A DNA stretch of 64,000 bases from Clostridia bacterium (lineage in GTDB: Bacteria; Bacillota; Clostridia; Christensenellales; UBA1242): positions 6,682 through 70,681 of the forward strand of contig JAZRNH010000045.1 in NCBI GenBank assembly GCA_045648025.1. The letters run 5' to 3'. Numbering within the stretch: position 1 is the stretch's first letter; every line of letters begins with the position of its first letter. The notes under the pieces were generated by a model. That model made no database searches and was not told the origin of the DNA. It saw only the letters and a program-made list of their open reading frames with translations. The translations under genes were made by a program, and so were the position numbers. Below are positions 63,938 to 64,000 of this stretch, one piece after another.

Positions 63938-64000
63938 ATGTTTATCAAGATATACAAAAGATACTTTGTTTTTTTGCATATCTTGATTTTATTTTAAGGA

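Overview
64-kb chromosomal segment from an AT-rich, low-GC Bacillota-like bacterium. It uses the standard genetic code: TGA is a stop (e.g. end of comEC) and Trp is TGG. Bases 1-22.2 kb and 59.6-64 kb are ordinary, syntenic housekeeping DNA. The left part carries greA, holB-ricT(yaaT)-ferredoxin-TrmN6-like methyltransferase, spmBA, tatD, rsmA, a lipoprotein, TSCPD and DUF4364 proteins, one tRNA (Glu-CUC-like), an SDR, pepD, a HAD hydrolase, degV, comEC-holA, an M28 peptidase, rpsT and murI. The right part carries lspA-rluD, tig and clpP. The middle 37 kb (22.3-59.6 kb) is the interesting part: a divergently transcribed type-IV-secretion-like cluster. The minus strand encodes a VirD4/TraG coupling ATPase and a 757-aa membrane-anchored surface protein. 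The plus strand encodes two small VirB2/TrbC-like hairpin membrane proteins, a VirB3-VirB4-like ATPase and three paralogous giant polytopic membrane proteins of 4301, 3901 and 1354 aa (28.7 kb, about 45% of the window). The three giants share N-terminal and C-proximal transmembrane modules that are VirB6/TrbL-like by architecture. Their inserted ectodomains and tails are completely different. No relaxase, integrase, cell-wall hydrolase, VirB8/TcpC-like gene, att repeats or obvious compositional break is visible. The cluster therefore looks like a resident, possibly non-conjugative T4SS derivative rather than a typical ICE. No rRNA, CRISPR, transposase or prophage genes were seen. All family assignments come from motif reading by eye, with no database search.
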